Shown: piece by piece, positions 20,858 through 46,304 of the stretch
Layout of the letters: each line of letters starts with the position of its first letter
Numbering within the stretch: position 1 is the first letter of the stretch
Notes under the pieces: generated by a model
Seen by the model: only the letters and a program-made list of their open reading frames with translations
What the model was told of the DNA's origin: nothing
Database searches by the model: none
Program-made: the position numbers and the translations under genes
Assembly (NCBI GenBank): GCA_002269645.1
Contig: NIVC01002764.1
Span: 1 to 64,000, forward strand
From: Macrostomum lignano
Taxonomy: Eukaryota
Direction of reading: 5' to 3'
Length of the DNA: 64,000 nt

Positions 20858-22377
20858 ATGGCCTTCGAGCCGACTATGGATAAACAAGCTATTTCTAGGG
20901 ACGGGGACCCTTCTAAACCCCAACCTCAGTCCGAAGGACCGGCCGGCCCTGCTGGCAGATCCCAACCGACTGATTCAACTGTGGCAAAGGAAGGACCGGC
21001 TGGCTCTGCTGGCAGATCCGACCAGAGCTACCAAACTCAAAATACCCTAAGACCTGCCAGCTCCGCTGGTGGATCTAAGGGAACCGCGAGCTCTGAGCCT
21101 AAAGGACCGGCCAAATCTGGCAGATCCGATGAAGCTCAGCGGGCTCGGCTTGAGCGCAAACGCGCTAAACAACGCGCCAAAAGGCAGGCCAAGAAGGGAG
21201 CTGCGGGGGCCAAAGCGGCGGCGTCCACCATGGATGCTGAAGCGACTGGAGTCCCAAGGCAACCAGGCGGGCCGGCCGGTGAAGCTCCAGTAGTTCAGCG
21301 GCGGCGCTCCCTGGAGCTGCTGCCGCGGCTGCTGAGGCCGAAACCACGGCGCAACAAATGGCCACTGCCAACAAGGAGGTTCCTTCGGGAGCTACCTTTG
21401 CGGCGAAGGCCAAGGCCAAAATCCCGGGAGTGATCATCCAAGGTCGCGACCAGGACTGGACCACTGATCAGCTTCAAAAAGTGTGGAGTGCTGTTGACTC
21501 CTATCTGATTGAGCTGACTGTCGAGGAGGGAATCTCCATCGGCGTTGAGCGGATGGTGCTGCGAAGCACATTCGTTCTTATTGCTCCTAGCAGCGAGGAG
21601 GACGCTCGGCGGCTGCTCCAGCGGCTACCGACGGTCTCCTTGGATGCTGACCTTGGTGGAGCTCTCTTTCTTCGCGAGGGCCAGCGTCCAAAGACGATAC
21701 CCTATGTGGTTTTCGTCCCTGCTAAGAGCACCGCAGCTGGACCAGACGTTATTCGCCGGGTCCTACTGCGTCTGAACCCCGACCTCCCTGCTAGTGGACT
21801 GGTGTATCACCGCAAAGTCCGCAGGGGGGAGACGGGCAACTCAATTGTCCTCGGCCTTTCCAGCACTTGGGCGAGTCGGTACCCTAATGGATCCTCTTTC
21901 CAGCTGGGTGCCCTCAAGCTCAAGTTGCGCCGAGGAAAGTCTGCCAAAGGGAAGGCTACTGCCAACCCCGGCATCTCCGGCAAGAGCGGGGCGCAGTCTA
22001 AGGCCCAAGGAAAGGCGCAAGCCGATCCCAAAGCCAAAGCTGCATCTCGCCCCTCTGCTAGCAGCAGTTCGGCGACCGCGGTAACGGCTCCGGCCGAGCC
22101 CCGGGAACCAAACCTGCCAGTCGGAGAAGGAGTTGAGGACGAGGCCGGGTCTTCGGAATCCGAGCTCTCCTCGGCCACCTTGGTGGGGTCTGAAGGTAAA
22201 GATGCAGGTGAGGAAGCTTCCTCCATCCTGTCATCGGAGCCTGAGGACTCTGCTGGGGGGCCGGTGGGGGTGAGGAGGCCATGGACGTCGACCAACTCCC
22301 ATCTCCCAGTCAAGCCCCAGCGGCCTGGGACGAGGACGATCTGTTGTCCAAGTCTCCTTGATGGCCCTGGGCTCTAG
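20858..22377 (+). CDS. LINE ORF1 (gag-like nucleic-acid-binding protein), one frameshift near 21295
   Basis: ATG at 20858, basic RKRAKQRAKRQAKK segment, then LLRLNPDLP..IVLGL..FQLGALKLKL region in the shifted frame. Confidence 0.7.
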
Positions 22378-22400
22378 CCAGATATTGCATTTAATACAGT

Positions 22401-25400
22401 ATGACTAAGCTCCACGCTGCCAAAGGAGCGACATTCTGTCTGCAAATAAATTTACAGCATTGCGTATCTGCGTCAGTAAATCTGATGAAGATTGCTGAGC
22501 TGTACAGGCCAGGCCTCATCCTGATCCAGGAACCCTGGATGCGCAACGGTAAGTTGCCCAACATTCCCTCTGGCTACTCTGATTTTTATGTGTGTGGCCC
22601 GGGAACAGCCGCCCTAGAGCGGCTATCCTCGCTGCTAGCCATCTCCAGGCTTGGCTGAGGACTGATCTCTCTGATGGAGACCTTTGCGTCATCCAATCTA
22701 ATCATTTCTCTCCGCGTACGTGTCTTGTTGCCTCGGTTTATATCCCAGGCGACAGAGACCCTGCTCCCGAGAGTTTACTGCGCCTTGCGCAGTACTGCGA
22801 GTCCCAGAACGCTGAGCTGTGCTTAGGGGGCGACCTCAACGCGCACCACAAGCACTGGGGCAGCAAAGATACCAACACTAGAGGAGAGGAGCTTCTGGCC
22901 CTCATCTCTAACACAAACCTCATGCTCTGCAACCGCGGCAGCACTCCTACCTTTAATAATGGCAGATGGACCGAGGTCCTCGACGCCACACTCGTTACCC
23001 CAAGACTCTTTGACAGAGTCAAGGAGTGGAGAGTCTGGTCTGAGGAGCCCTCCCTGTCTGACCACTGCTTTATCGCCTTTAATATCGCGGACACTAAAAC
23101 CCAGTCTCCGATCACTTGGAGACGCAATATCCGCAACACTGATTGGGCGGCCTACAAGGCTGCCCTTGATCTGCACCTGCAGGAACTCACGGACTTACGT
23201 CCGATTGAGACCTGCGAGGATGTGGATCATATGGCTGAGACGCTGACAGGTTGCATTATTAAAGCCTACGAAGCGGCTTGTCCTGCTCGCGCCTACAAAG
23301 GCAAGACCTCGGCGCCGTGGTGGAACCCGGAGCTGGGGAAACTCAGGCGGAAGGCCAAAAGCCTTCATCGCCGTGCCATGAAGACCGGAAACCCGGAGGA
23401 CATGGAGCTTTTCCGGCAAGCCTCCCGCAATTTCAAATCTGAAGTGCGCAAGGCCAAGGAATGTAAGTGGCGCCAATTCTGCAATGAATTGGATCAAGAC
23501 AGACCTACTTCTAGGCTTGTCAAGGCCCTTACAATGGACAAAATGTCCAAATTAGCCATGATCAAAAAAGATGATGGCTCTCTTACTAAAGACCCTGAAG
23601 AAGTGCTTCAGCATATGCTTAGCACATTCTTCCCGAGGGTACCTACTGCTAGACCGGAGCCCAACCATTCGATGGATGGAGCCACCCTAGCGGCGGGCAT
23701 TGTCACTGAAGACCTAATCGCTCGTGCGGTCAGAACCTTCAAACCCTTCAAATCTCCTGGACCTGATGGTATCTACCCTGTTCTCCTTCGTGAAGCAGCC
23801 AAGATACCCTCGTTCCTGAGACTCACCCGCAATCTTATGCGGGCCTCTATCCAGCTGGGATACGTTCCCAAAAGCTGGACTGAAGCTCGAGTAGTCTTTA
23901 TTCCCAAACCTGGGAAGGGTGACTACCAAAGCGTCAAGGCCTTCCGGCCAATTAGCTTAACGTCAGCAATGCTTAAGCTCACTGAGAGGCTTATTCTCTG
24001 GCGGCTGCTCTCCTGCGAGCTGACAGCGATGCCCCTCAGCAATAATCAGCACGCCTTCCGTACCGGGAGGTCGACTGACAGCGCCCTGCATGCGATTGTC
24101 GAAAAGATTGAACGGGCGGTACTGGGTGACGGTTACGCCCTGGCTCTCTTTCTTGACATTGTTGGCGCCTTCGACAACGTTATCTTTGAAGCGTTTCAGA
24201 GGGCCCTTCAAAATCGCAAAGCTCATGCTACCCTCATACGGTGGATCATGTACATGATCTCCAACCGTACGGTCACTGCCCAACTTCTTGGGCAAACTGC
24301 CTCCACCAGAGTCTGTAAGGGTGGACCCCAAGGCGGAGTCCTCACCCCGACGCTCTGGAACCTGGTCATGGACGCTCTTCTGAGTGACTCCCGACCTGAC
24401 CCCGTCTTCAAAGTCGGGTATGCTGATGACGTCACGGCCATTGTGGCAGGACCGTCTCCCAGCACGCTCAGGGATCTGATGCAGAGCTTTATCCGCAAAG
24501 CAGAATCCTGGGCCAATGACAATGGTTTGGAACTCTCTGAGCCCAAAACCGTTGCCATTATGTTTACCAGCAGACTACGCTGGAACATACGTCCTCTGCA
24601 GCTCTACGGCAGAGATATTGCCTTCGCGCACCAGACCAGATGTCTCGGGGTCACACTTGACCACCGGCTCAACTGGTCCTTCCACGTGAAAGCAAAAGCT
24701 AAGCGTGCCTCAGCCATCCTGGCCCAGCTCCGACGAGCACTTGGCACTTCTTGGGTCTATCCCCAAAGCGGCTTTGGTGGATCTATACTTCCGTAGTTAG
24801 ACCTGCCATTACGTACGCCTCTGTTGTCTGGGTTAGCGCTACCCAGGTCAAAAGCCATGCAGACCTGCTCAACACGATCCAAGGCAGAGCGTGTAGGCTC
24901 ATCTGCAACGCCACCAGGTCCACGCCCTTTGCTGGCATGGGGGCCTTTCTTAATCTTCCGCCTCTTGACCTCTTCATCAGGGGTGAGGCGGCTAGAACGA
25001 CGCGGCGTCTAATTGATGCCGGCGTCAAATTCATTTACATGAGAGCACCTGCTAAGCGGAACCTTGTCCCGCATAGCGATCTGTGCCTCAACTTTCTCAA
25101 CGAGTGTCAGGCCAATCGCGTCTTCACCGATGGCATTGCCTCAACGCTCAACCTGAGACAGCGCTACTCCGTAGCTATCGACTCGCGCGATAACATCAAT
25201 GACCATTGGAACCCTGGTGAGCTTCATTGCTACACCGACGGTTCTAAGCAGTCAGCCAACACCGGCTTTGGTGTTGGAATCTTTCTGAACGGGAGGGTCA
25301 TCGCTACCCACGCTCAATACACTGGGGTCAACTCCAGTGTTTTCCAAAATGAAGTTCTGGCCATCAGCTCCTGCACTGCAGAGCTTCTCGCCACTGGCGT

Positions 25401-26139
25401 TACTGGTAAGAACATCATTTTCCATTCGGACAGCCAAGCTGCCTTGCACGCCATCAGTGGCTGCAGCACCAACTCTGCTACAGTCCTTGACTGTATCAAA
25501 CTCCTCAATGTGTTGGGTTCCGCCAACAAAATTACCCTTAAGTGGGTTCCGGGGCATGTGGGGATCCGAGGAAATGAGTTGGCTGACACCCTTGCAAAAG
25601 TTGGTGCCTCCGGCTCCTCTCTCGGCCCCGAACCTCTTGTCCCGATTCCTGGCTGTGTCATCGACTCGCGCATCAAAGCGTGGATCAGGACTCAGCACCG
25701 CTCGACTTGGGCGAACCGCACGAACTGCAGGCAATCCAGAGGCGCTGTCCCTCAGCCCTCTCACCAGCTCCGGAAGCTCCTCTTGCGCCTCTCGCGCAGA
25801 GACATCCGGGCTGCCACCATGACCCTCTCTGGTCACGGCTGCTTCTCCAGGCACCAGTACCTGCAGGGCAACGCCACCAACGCCACCTGTAGTTTCTGCA
25901 ACTCAGGTGACGAAACCGCTGAGCATTTCGTCAGCATCTGTCCCGCCTTCACGCGGGCCAGACTCACTTACCTCGGGCCACACACATCTATTACTGAAGC
26001 GTGCAAACCCGAAAACTTTAATCAGCTCATGCGCTACCTTCGGGCCACCCGCAGGGCTGAACTCTCCTTTCCAGAGAGCACCATAGCTGCTGGCGACACT
26101 GGGGGACCTCCCTGGGCGGCGCCAACCCTCCGTCCATAG
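22401..26139 (+). CDS. LINE ORF2: AP endonuclease, RT, RNase H, CCHC finger (frameshifts near 22610 and 24755)
   Basis: QINLQH, LIQEPW, GGDLNAHH, SDH (APE). KSPGPDG, FRPISL, FLDIVGAFD, PQGGVL, GYADDV (RT). YTDGSK, SDSQAAL, WVPGHVGIRGNELAD (RNH). CSFC..ETAEHFVSIC. Confidence 0.92.
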
Positions 26140-26253
26140 CGACGCGTCGGCCGTTCAGGGACTAGCGGAATGGGCGCCCGCGCCTTTCCGCTGTGTCCCC
26201 TCCGGGACAGCCCTGCAGCTAAGTTAAGTAAGTTAAGTTAAGCCGCCGGCGCG

Positions 26254-27017
26254 GTCGCCGACGAGGCCGCCGGCGCAGTCACCGCCGATGAAGCCGCCGG
26301 CGCGGTTGCCGACGAGGCCGCCGATGAAGCCGCCGGCGCGGTCGCCGACGAGGCCGCCGTTGAGGCCGCTGGCGCGTTAGCTCCAGTCTCGAAAGTGGAC
26401 ATGAGCTCCTCCGACGCCTCCTCGATGATGGAAGCCAATGAACTGGACGTAGGTGGGGCAGCGGTCGAAGCTTGGGAATGCGTCGTGGCCTGGAGCTGCG
26501 TAGCCGGTTCACTCAGACAGTCAGCCAGTGCCTTGAACCCATGGGTGTGCAGGCGCTCCATCACACCGTCAAGGATGCGGGGACTCCAGGCTCTGCCAAT
26601 CTTGTTGGCGGCCCACCGGATGCCTATGAGCCAGCCGGTCTTGAATTCATCCACCGGGCCAGATAGTCGAAGCTGCTCCAACTTCTCGGCCACCGCTGCG
26701 AACTGCGTGCCGTAATGCGTCCTCATATCCGCCGTTGTGTGCACCAGCCACTGTAGGGCGTTGGATTCAAAGCGCTGGTGAGTCTCCTTGCTCTGGAACG
26801 CTGGACAGAGGAATAAGGTCAGGCTATCTGCCTTCCTTCGGACTGTCACTGGAGCTGCCGGGCGAGACCAGTTCTGCAGATGGTGGTGGATCCTGCACAG
26901 TCCCTTGCACGCTGCCGCGACTTGGTTGCTAAAGGGCTGTTGCAGTGGTCTTGGCGGGGGCAGAGTGACAGGCTGTCTGGGCCTTTCAGGTCGTTCACTG
27001 CAACAACTCGTGGCCAT
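26254..27017 (-). CDS. PLE ORF1, N-terminal part
   Basis: ATG at 27017 (MATSCCS..). Ends in the same Ala/Ser repeat and meets the LINE TSD at the same codon position as 20339. Confidence 0.75.
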
Positions 27018-28160
27018 AGACAATAAAAGCCAATCAAGCAGACAGCTCGCAATTCCAAACTGCAAGACAGCAAGAGGCTGCTGCTCTCTGGTGAAAAGAC
27101 AATCAAGTAGACTTCAAAGTAAGCATTCTGGCCACAGAGCTTCAAAAATGCAAGATTAAGACAATGATGAAATGTATAAATCTAAGATTGCATAATTATG
27201 CGTTCGTCTTTATTGTTAGCGGAATGTTAAGCATACATGTAGATGAATTCTCATTCGGAGTTAACAGTTTTGTAATAGTGTGCGACAGAACATAAACTAA
27301 AAAATTGCTATTTAAACTGGGTTAAATATATGCGAAAAGTGCGTTTAATAAGACATTCCAAGATATATTGCAGTTTAAGCTTTATTGGAGTCAAGTTTAA
27401 AACATTTTAGCATCAATAGACACTGTTAAAGATTGGCAAAGACATTGTGAGAGAGTGTGAGTGTGAGAGAGAGTGAGAGAGAGAGTGAGAGTGAGAGAGA
27501 GAGTGAGGGAGAGAGAGAGAGAGTGAGAGAGAGTGAGAGAGAGAGAGAGAGTGAGGGAGAGAGAGAGAGTGAGAGAGAGTGAGAGAGAGAGAGAGAGTGA
27601 GAGAGAGAGTGAGGGAGAGAGAGAGAGTGAGAGAGAGTGAGAGAGAGAGTGAGAGTGAGAGAGAGAGTGAGAGTGTGAGAGAGAGTGAGAGAGAGAGTGA
27701 GAGTGAGAGAGAGAGTGAGGGAGAGAGAGAGAGTGAGAGAGAGTGAGAGAGAGAGAGAGAGTGAGAGTGAGAGAGAGAGAGTGAGAGAGTGAGAGAGAGA
27801 GAGAGAGTGAGAGTGAGAGAGAGTGAGAGTGAGAGAGAGAGAGTGAGAGAGAGTGAGAGAGAGAGAGAGAGAGAGTGAGAGTGAGAGAGAGAGTGAGAGA
27901 GAGAGTGAGAGAGAGTGAGAGTGAGAGAGAGAGAGAGTGAGAGTCAGAGAGAGAGTCAGAGAGAGTGAGAGTGAGAGAGAGTGAGAGTGAGAGAGGGTGA
28001 GAGAGAGTGAGAGAGAGAGTGAGAGAGAGTGAGAGTGAGAGTGAGAGAGAGTGAGAGTGAGAGAGAGAGAGAGAGAGTGAGAGTGAGAGAGAGTGAGAGA
28101 GAGTGAGAGAGAGAGTAAGAGAGAGTGAGAGTGAGAGTGAGAGAGAGAGAGAGTGAGAGT

Positions 28161-28234
<74 letters not shown>

Positions 28235-28286
28235 GAGAGAGTGAGAGAGAGAGAGAGTGAGAGTGAGAGAGAGAGAGAGTGAGAGT

Positions 28287-28325
<39 letters not shown>
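26996..28325 (-). repeat. 5' terminal repeat of the Penelope-like element: ~450 bp unique + ~880 bp (GA)n/GAGT
   Basis: Direct repeat of 15324-16243 with a longer microsatellite. Contains the ORF1 ATG and minus-strand AATAAA at 27381-27386 and 27209-27214. Confidence 0.92.
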
Positions 28326-28327
<2 letters not shown>

Positions 28328-28390
28328 GAATTCATAGCAGACGAGGCAGCCGCACTGAGACTGCCGTATTCATCAATTTACAATATTTTC

Positions 28391-41767
<13,377 letters not shown>

Positions 41768-42333
41768 GGCTGAGCGTTGTGTCTCTGAGGTGCTGAGTTT
41801 TCAATGACGGATTCGGGAAATAAGACGATTAGATATAGAGCGATTGCAATGGCCAGACACTTTGTATTGCCCGGTGAGCCATTAGAATCTGCCATTGGCT
41901 CCCAGCCTTGCAGCAAATGAGGGGCCAGCAGAGAAAAAATGCCTGTTCCAATCCAGACAGCAAGTTAATAATTACACACGAAAAAAGTACTGCGCGTCCA
42001 AACCAACGGAGGAGAGACTGCTGCTGGGAGCCACTTCAGATGCAATCGTCTCAGATATGCTTCATCTGGCAGCGAGTTGTCTTCCACAGAAATTATCTTG
42101 GGGAGTCGTGCGGTGAGAGCACTCAAGGGTCAGCGCAATGGGCATGACTGCTAACCACCGTTGCATTTGCAACACTTTTCAGCAGCCACCTCGAGTACCG
42201 ACTTTTATGAACTAAAATGAAATATTTTAAGCAGCTTTTATTGGGGCTTTAAGTCATAAAAATGTCTAGGCCTGCTTGGATTTTCTATTTGAAAAATTCC
42301 TATAGACTCTCTGGGTGCCCGCGAGAGCCTCAA

Positions 42334-42530
42334 CCCCACTCCATTTCCTCACTCTTGCACACCCAGCCCACTCCATTTCCTCACTCTTGCACACCCACCC
42401 CACTCCGTTTCCTCACTCTTGCACACCCACCCCACTCCGTTTCCTCACTCTTGCACACCCACCCCACTCCGTTTCCTCACTCTTGCACACCCACCCCACT
42501 CCATTTGCTCACTCTTGCACACCCAGCCCA
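42334..42530. repeat. 32-bp minisatellite, ~6 copies
   Basis: Unit CTCTTGCACACCCACCCCACTCCGTTTCCTCA. Confidence 0.9.
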
Positions 42531-43724
42531 TATGCACGCGGTTGTTTTGTCTTCCGCAATCTAGTTTTCCCTTTCTGTTTTTTGTTCTCGCTAATTTTCT
42601 CTATCTTTTCGCATATTTCTTCCATTGTTCTCAAACCGTACCCCTATCTACCAGACTCCCTGAGTGATGTCACATCCTACCTGAATTCACCCACCACCTC
42701 GATTTCTTTTTTTTTAATTTTGCACGCGATCCCTCGTAAAATTTCCTTTTTAGCATGGCACAGTGACGCCAGACTGTGAGTAGCAAATCGAAGAGAGCTG
42801 ACACGGCAACGGCTTTGGAGGGCGTCACGTGACCGACCATGGCACTCTATTTTTAAAGCTAAGGATTCACTGTTGACCATCCCAGCATCAGCTTCATCAA
42901 GACAGCAGCGACAGCCTGCTTGCAGTATCAGAATCAATTGCGGGGATGCTAAGGATTCATTGGTATTTAGCTCTGGAGATTAAAAAAATTAATAGAACTT
43001 GAAGGAGAGCAGTTTCCTATGTCCGGTTGGGATTTTGGAATCAAAGGATTCTAAGAAAATTAGCGCTGACAGTCAGAAGTCAAGTATTTTTGCTTTTCTC
43101 TTAACTGGTAAACGATGAAAAGGACGCAACCACAGACAGTGCGGCATTTCGCTCAGACTAGCAACTTTATTGCCACGGTAGAACTCAGTGCATAAAAACA
43201 AAACAAGAGCCACAATCGCTGCTAACTGCAAGCAGAAGAAAAGCTGGCGGACAGAATAAAGAAGAAAACACAAAACAAAAATAATACAGCTTATAATCAA
43301 ACAGGATGCGGGCACGAGGCATTTTGATTAATAAGCATTTTTTAAACTAAAAGCAAAAAACAACATGTCGTAAACTCTACTCGCTACTCGGACAGTATAG
43401 TAGAATAATACGCTTTTTTGTTAAAACACGGAAGATTTGTAAAACAATGCTGGCAGAAAATAAACAGAACAGCCAATTTCGAAAACGAAATAATAAACCG
43501 CAAGGGCGGCCTTGAAGCAGGTGGTGCGTATGCTTTGAAACTGACAGATTTTAAACAAACTGGCTCTACTTTAATTGGAAACTTGACTAATGAAGTTGAT
43601 TGAATAACTGCGATAAATCCTATAAATTACTCTTATTATCACCAGCTCATAATCTGCGAATAACTGAATAAGAGATTAAACAAAATATAATGAGAATGAG
43701 TAAAACTGAGAGACAGGGGATGAA

Positions 43725-45090
43725 GAGGGTGAGGAAGAGGGGGGGGAGAGGGGGAGGAAAAGAGGGAGGAAGAGGGGGAGGAAGAGGGGGAGGAAGAGGG
43801 GGAGGAAGAGGGGAAGAAGAGGAAGGGGAAGAGGAGGAGGAGGAGGGGAAGGGGAGGAGGAGGAGGAGGGGAAGGGGAGGAGGAGGAGGTGGAAAAGGGG
43901 AGGAGGAGGAGGAGGAGGGGAAGGGGAGGAGGAGGAGGGGAAGGGGAGGAGGAGGAGGAGGGGAAGGGGAGGAGGAGGAGGAGGGGAAGGGGAGGAGGAG
44001 GAGGAGGGGAAGGGGAGGAGGAGGAGGAGGGGAAGGGGAGGAGGAGGAGGAGGGGAAGGGGAGGAGGAGGAGGAGGGGAAGGGGAGGAGGAGGGGAAGGG
44101 GAGGAGGAGGAGGAAGGGGAGGAGGAGGAGGAGGGGAAGGGGAGGAGGAGGAGGAGGGGAAGGGAGGAGGAGGAGGAGGAGGGGAAGGGGAGGAGGAGGA
44201 GGAGGGGAAGGGGAGGAGGAGGAGGAGGGGAAGGGGAGGAGGAGGAGGAGGGGAAGGGGAGGAGGAGGAGGAGGGGAAGGGGAGGAGGAGGAGGAGGGGA
44301 AGGGGAGGAGGAGGAGGAGGGGAAGGGGAGGAGGAGGAGGAGGAGGGGAAGGGGAGGAGGAGGAGGGAAAGGGGAGGAGGAGGAGGAGGGGAAGGGGAGG
44401 AGGAGGAGGAGGGGAAGGGGAGGAGGAGGAGGAGGGGAAGGGGAGGAGGAGGAGGAGGGGAAGGGGAGGAGGAGGGGAAGGGGAGGAGGAGGAGGAGGGG
44501 AAGGGGAGGAGGAGGAGGAGGGGAAGGGGAGGAGGAGGAGGAGGGGAAGGGGAGGAGGAGGAGGGAAAGGGGAGGAGGAGGAGGGGAAGGGGAGGAGGAG
44601 GAGGGGAAGGGGAGGAGGAGGAGGAGGGGAAGGGGAGGAGGAGGAGGAGGGGAAGGGGAGGAGGAGGAGGAGGGGAAGGGGAGGAGGAGGAGGAGGGGAA
44701 GGGGAGGAGGAGGAGGAGGGGAAGGGGAGGAGGAGGAGGAGGGGAAGGGGAGGAGGAGGAGGAGGGGAAGGGGAGGAGGAGGAGGGGAAGGGGAGGAGGA
44801 GGAGGGGAAGGGGAGGAGGAGGGGAAGGGGAGGAGGAGGAGGAGGGGAAGAGGAGGAGGAGGAGGGGAAGGGGAGGAGGAGGAGGGGAAGGGGAGGAGGA
44901 GGAGGAGGGGAAGGGGAGGAGGAGGAGGAGGGGAACGGGAGGAGGAGGGGAAGGGGAGGAGGAGGAGGGAAAGGGGAGGAGGAGGAGGGGAAGGGGAGGA
45001 GGAGGAGGGAAAGGGGAGGAGGAGGAGGGGAAGGGGAGGAGGAGGAGGGGAAGGGGAGGAGGAGGAGGGGAAGGGGAGGAGGAGGAGCAG
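43725..45090. repeat. Polypurine (GGA)n/GGGGAA low-complexity tract, ~1.35 kb
   Basis: Almost purely G/A on the + strand. Confidence 0.97.
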
Positions 45091-46304
45091 GGGAAGGGTA
45101 GCAGAACAGAAAAAGAGAAGAGAGGATTAGATGAACCGAAAGAAAAGGTAAAGGAACAAATTAAAAAGGAAGATATGTGAAGAAAATAGGGTGAAGAGAA
45201 ATATAACACAGTTCAGCAAAAAATTATGCAAAGGTTGCCTCCATATTATACGGTGTAAGTTAGACCATAGACCAATAATAGACCAACATTTTAACAGTAA
45301 ACAGTTATTCACTACACTGGGCAAGAATACATAAAATACCTGTGCTCAGGCTATAATTATCAATACTACGACACAACAAATTTACTCTGATTGACAAGCA
45401 TTCATACGATTTCAGACAGACAGACAGAGGGCATGGGTGGGACAACTATAAAAGCACAAAAAGACACAAAGTAAGGATCATGCACGCAATTTTAGACACA
45501 ACATTGAGAAAACTACTGCTTGATCTTCCCTTGGTGGCACAAAATTACCTTCAACCTTAATTATTAATTGCGATTAAATCACATGACCTGTTTATGCACT
45601 ATATAACCGCAAATAGATCGCGTGTCCGTACACACAAGTCTTAGAGATCACCCAGTCGTTTCTATTGGACGAGGCAGTTGTCACGTGATCACTCAGAGCC
45701 AATAGCGACGTTTGTTGACACTATTTTGCTAATATAGATAAACAACTGCACGTACTTTAATTAATATTGTACCATTGATCAGTTCAGACCATGTGACCTT
45801 TTGTTGACAGACAGATCAATAGATTAGGAAAGTAAAATAGCTTGCGTACGCGTAGATTAATATAGGAACAATGAGTATTGCGACTCGTATGATTTATTTC
45901 CACAAGTTATTTGATCAAGTGAACTGTAAATAGTCGATCAATATTAAATAACATGCTAACTAGAGGCCCACTAAGTTGTGACTTACTGGTAAGACGGCTT
46001 GTAAAATGCTAATAAAATTATCAAGGGAAAAAGCAATAGCCAATAAACTGATTATCGACGGTTTGAGAAATTAAAACAAAACGTGTTTACCCGTGTAACC
46101 TTAAAAACAAAAAACAGAAGAGATGCTTAGACTAGTTAAACACAAGCAGATCATTAGATAAACATCTCAGATAGCACATATTAGAGATAATAACGTATGA
46201 TTTGATTCGATTTAATTGGCGACAAAAATCGATTACATATTTTCAGATTAGCCCCGCCAGGGTCCTTTGCTAACACGCCTGACCCCGGCCCGGCAGCACA
46301 GTCA

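Larger units (their letters stand above)
20340..26239 (+). mobile_element. Full-length I-group (LOA/R1-like) non-LTR retrotransposon, ORF1 + APE-RT-RNase H
   Basis: 14-bp TSD AAGCCGCCGGCGCG (20326-20339 and 26240-26253). TAAG-type tail at 26220-26240. Two ORFs with three single-base frameshifts in total. Confidence 0.92.
15324..28325 (-). mobile_element. Penelope-like retroelement (Neptune-like) with terminal direct repeats, interrupted by a LINE
   Basis: Direct repeats 15324-16243 and 26996-28325. ORF1 27017-26254 + 20339-19184. RT + GIY-YIG ORF 19187-16944. LINE at 20340-26239. Confidence 0.9.

Noticed and set aside
20340-20860. HDV-like ribozyme at the LINE 5' end
   Set aside because: Several stems are present (GTGAAGTAT/ATGCTTCAC, CAGAC/GTCTG, GGGCTGG/CCAGCCT), but I could not fit the nested P1-P1.1-P2-P3-P4 topology by eye; a descriptor search is needed.
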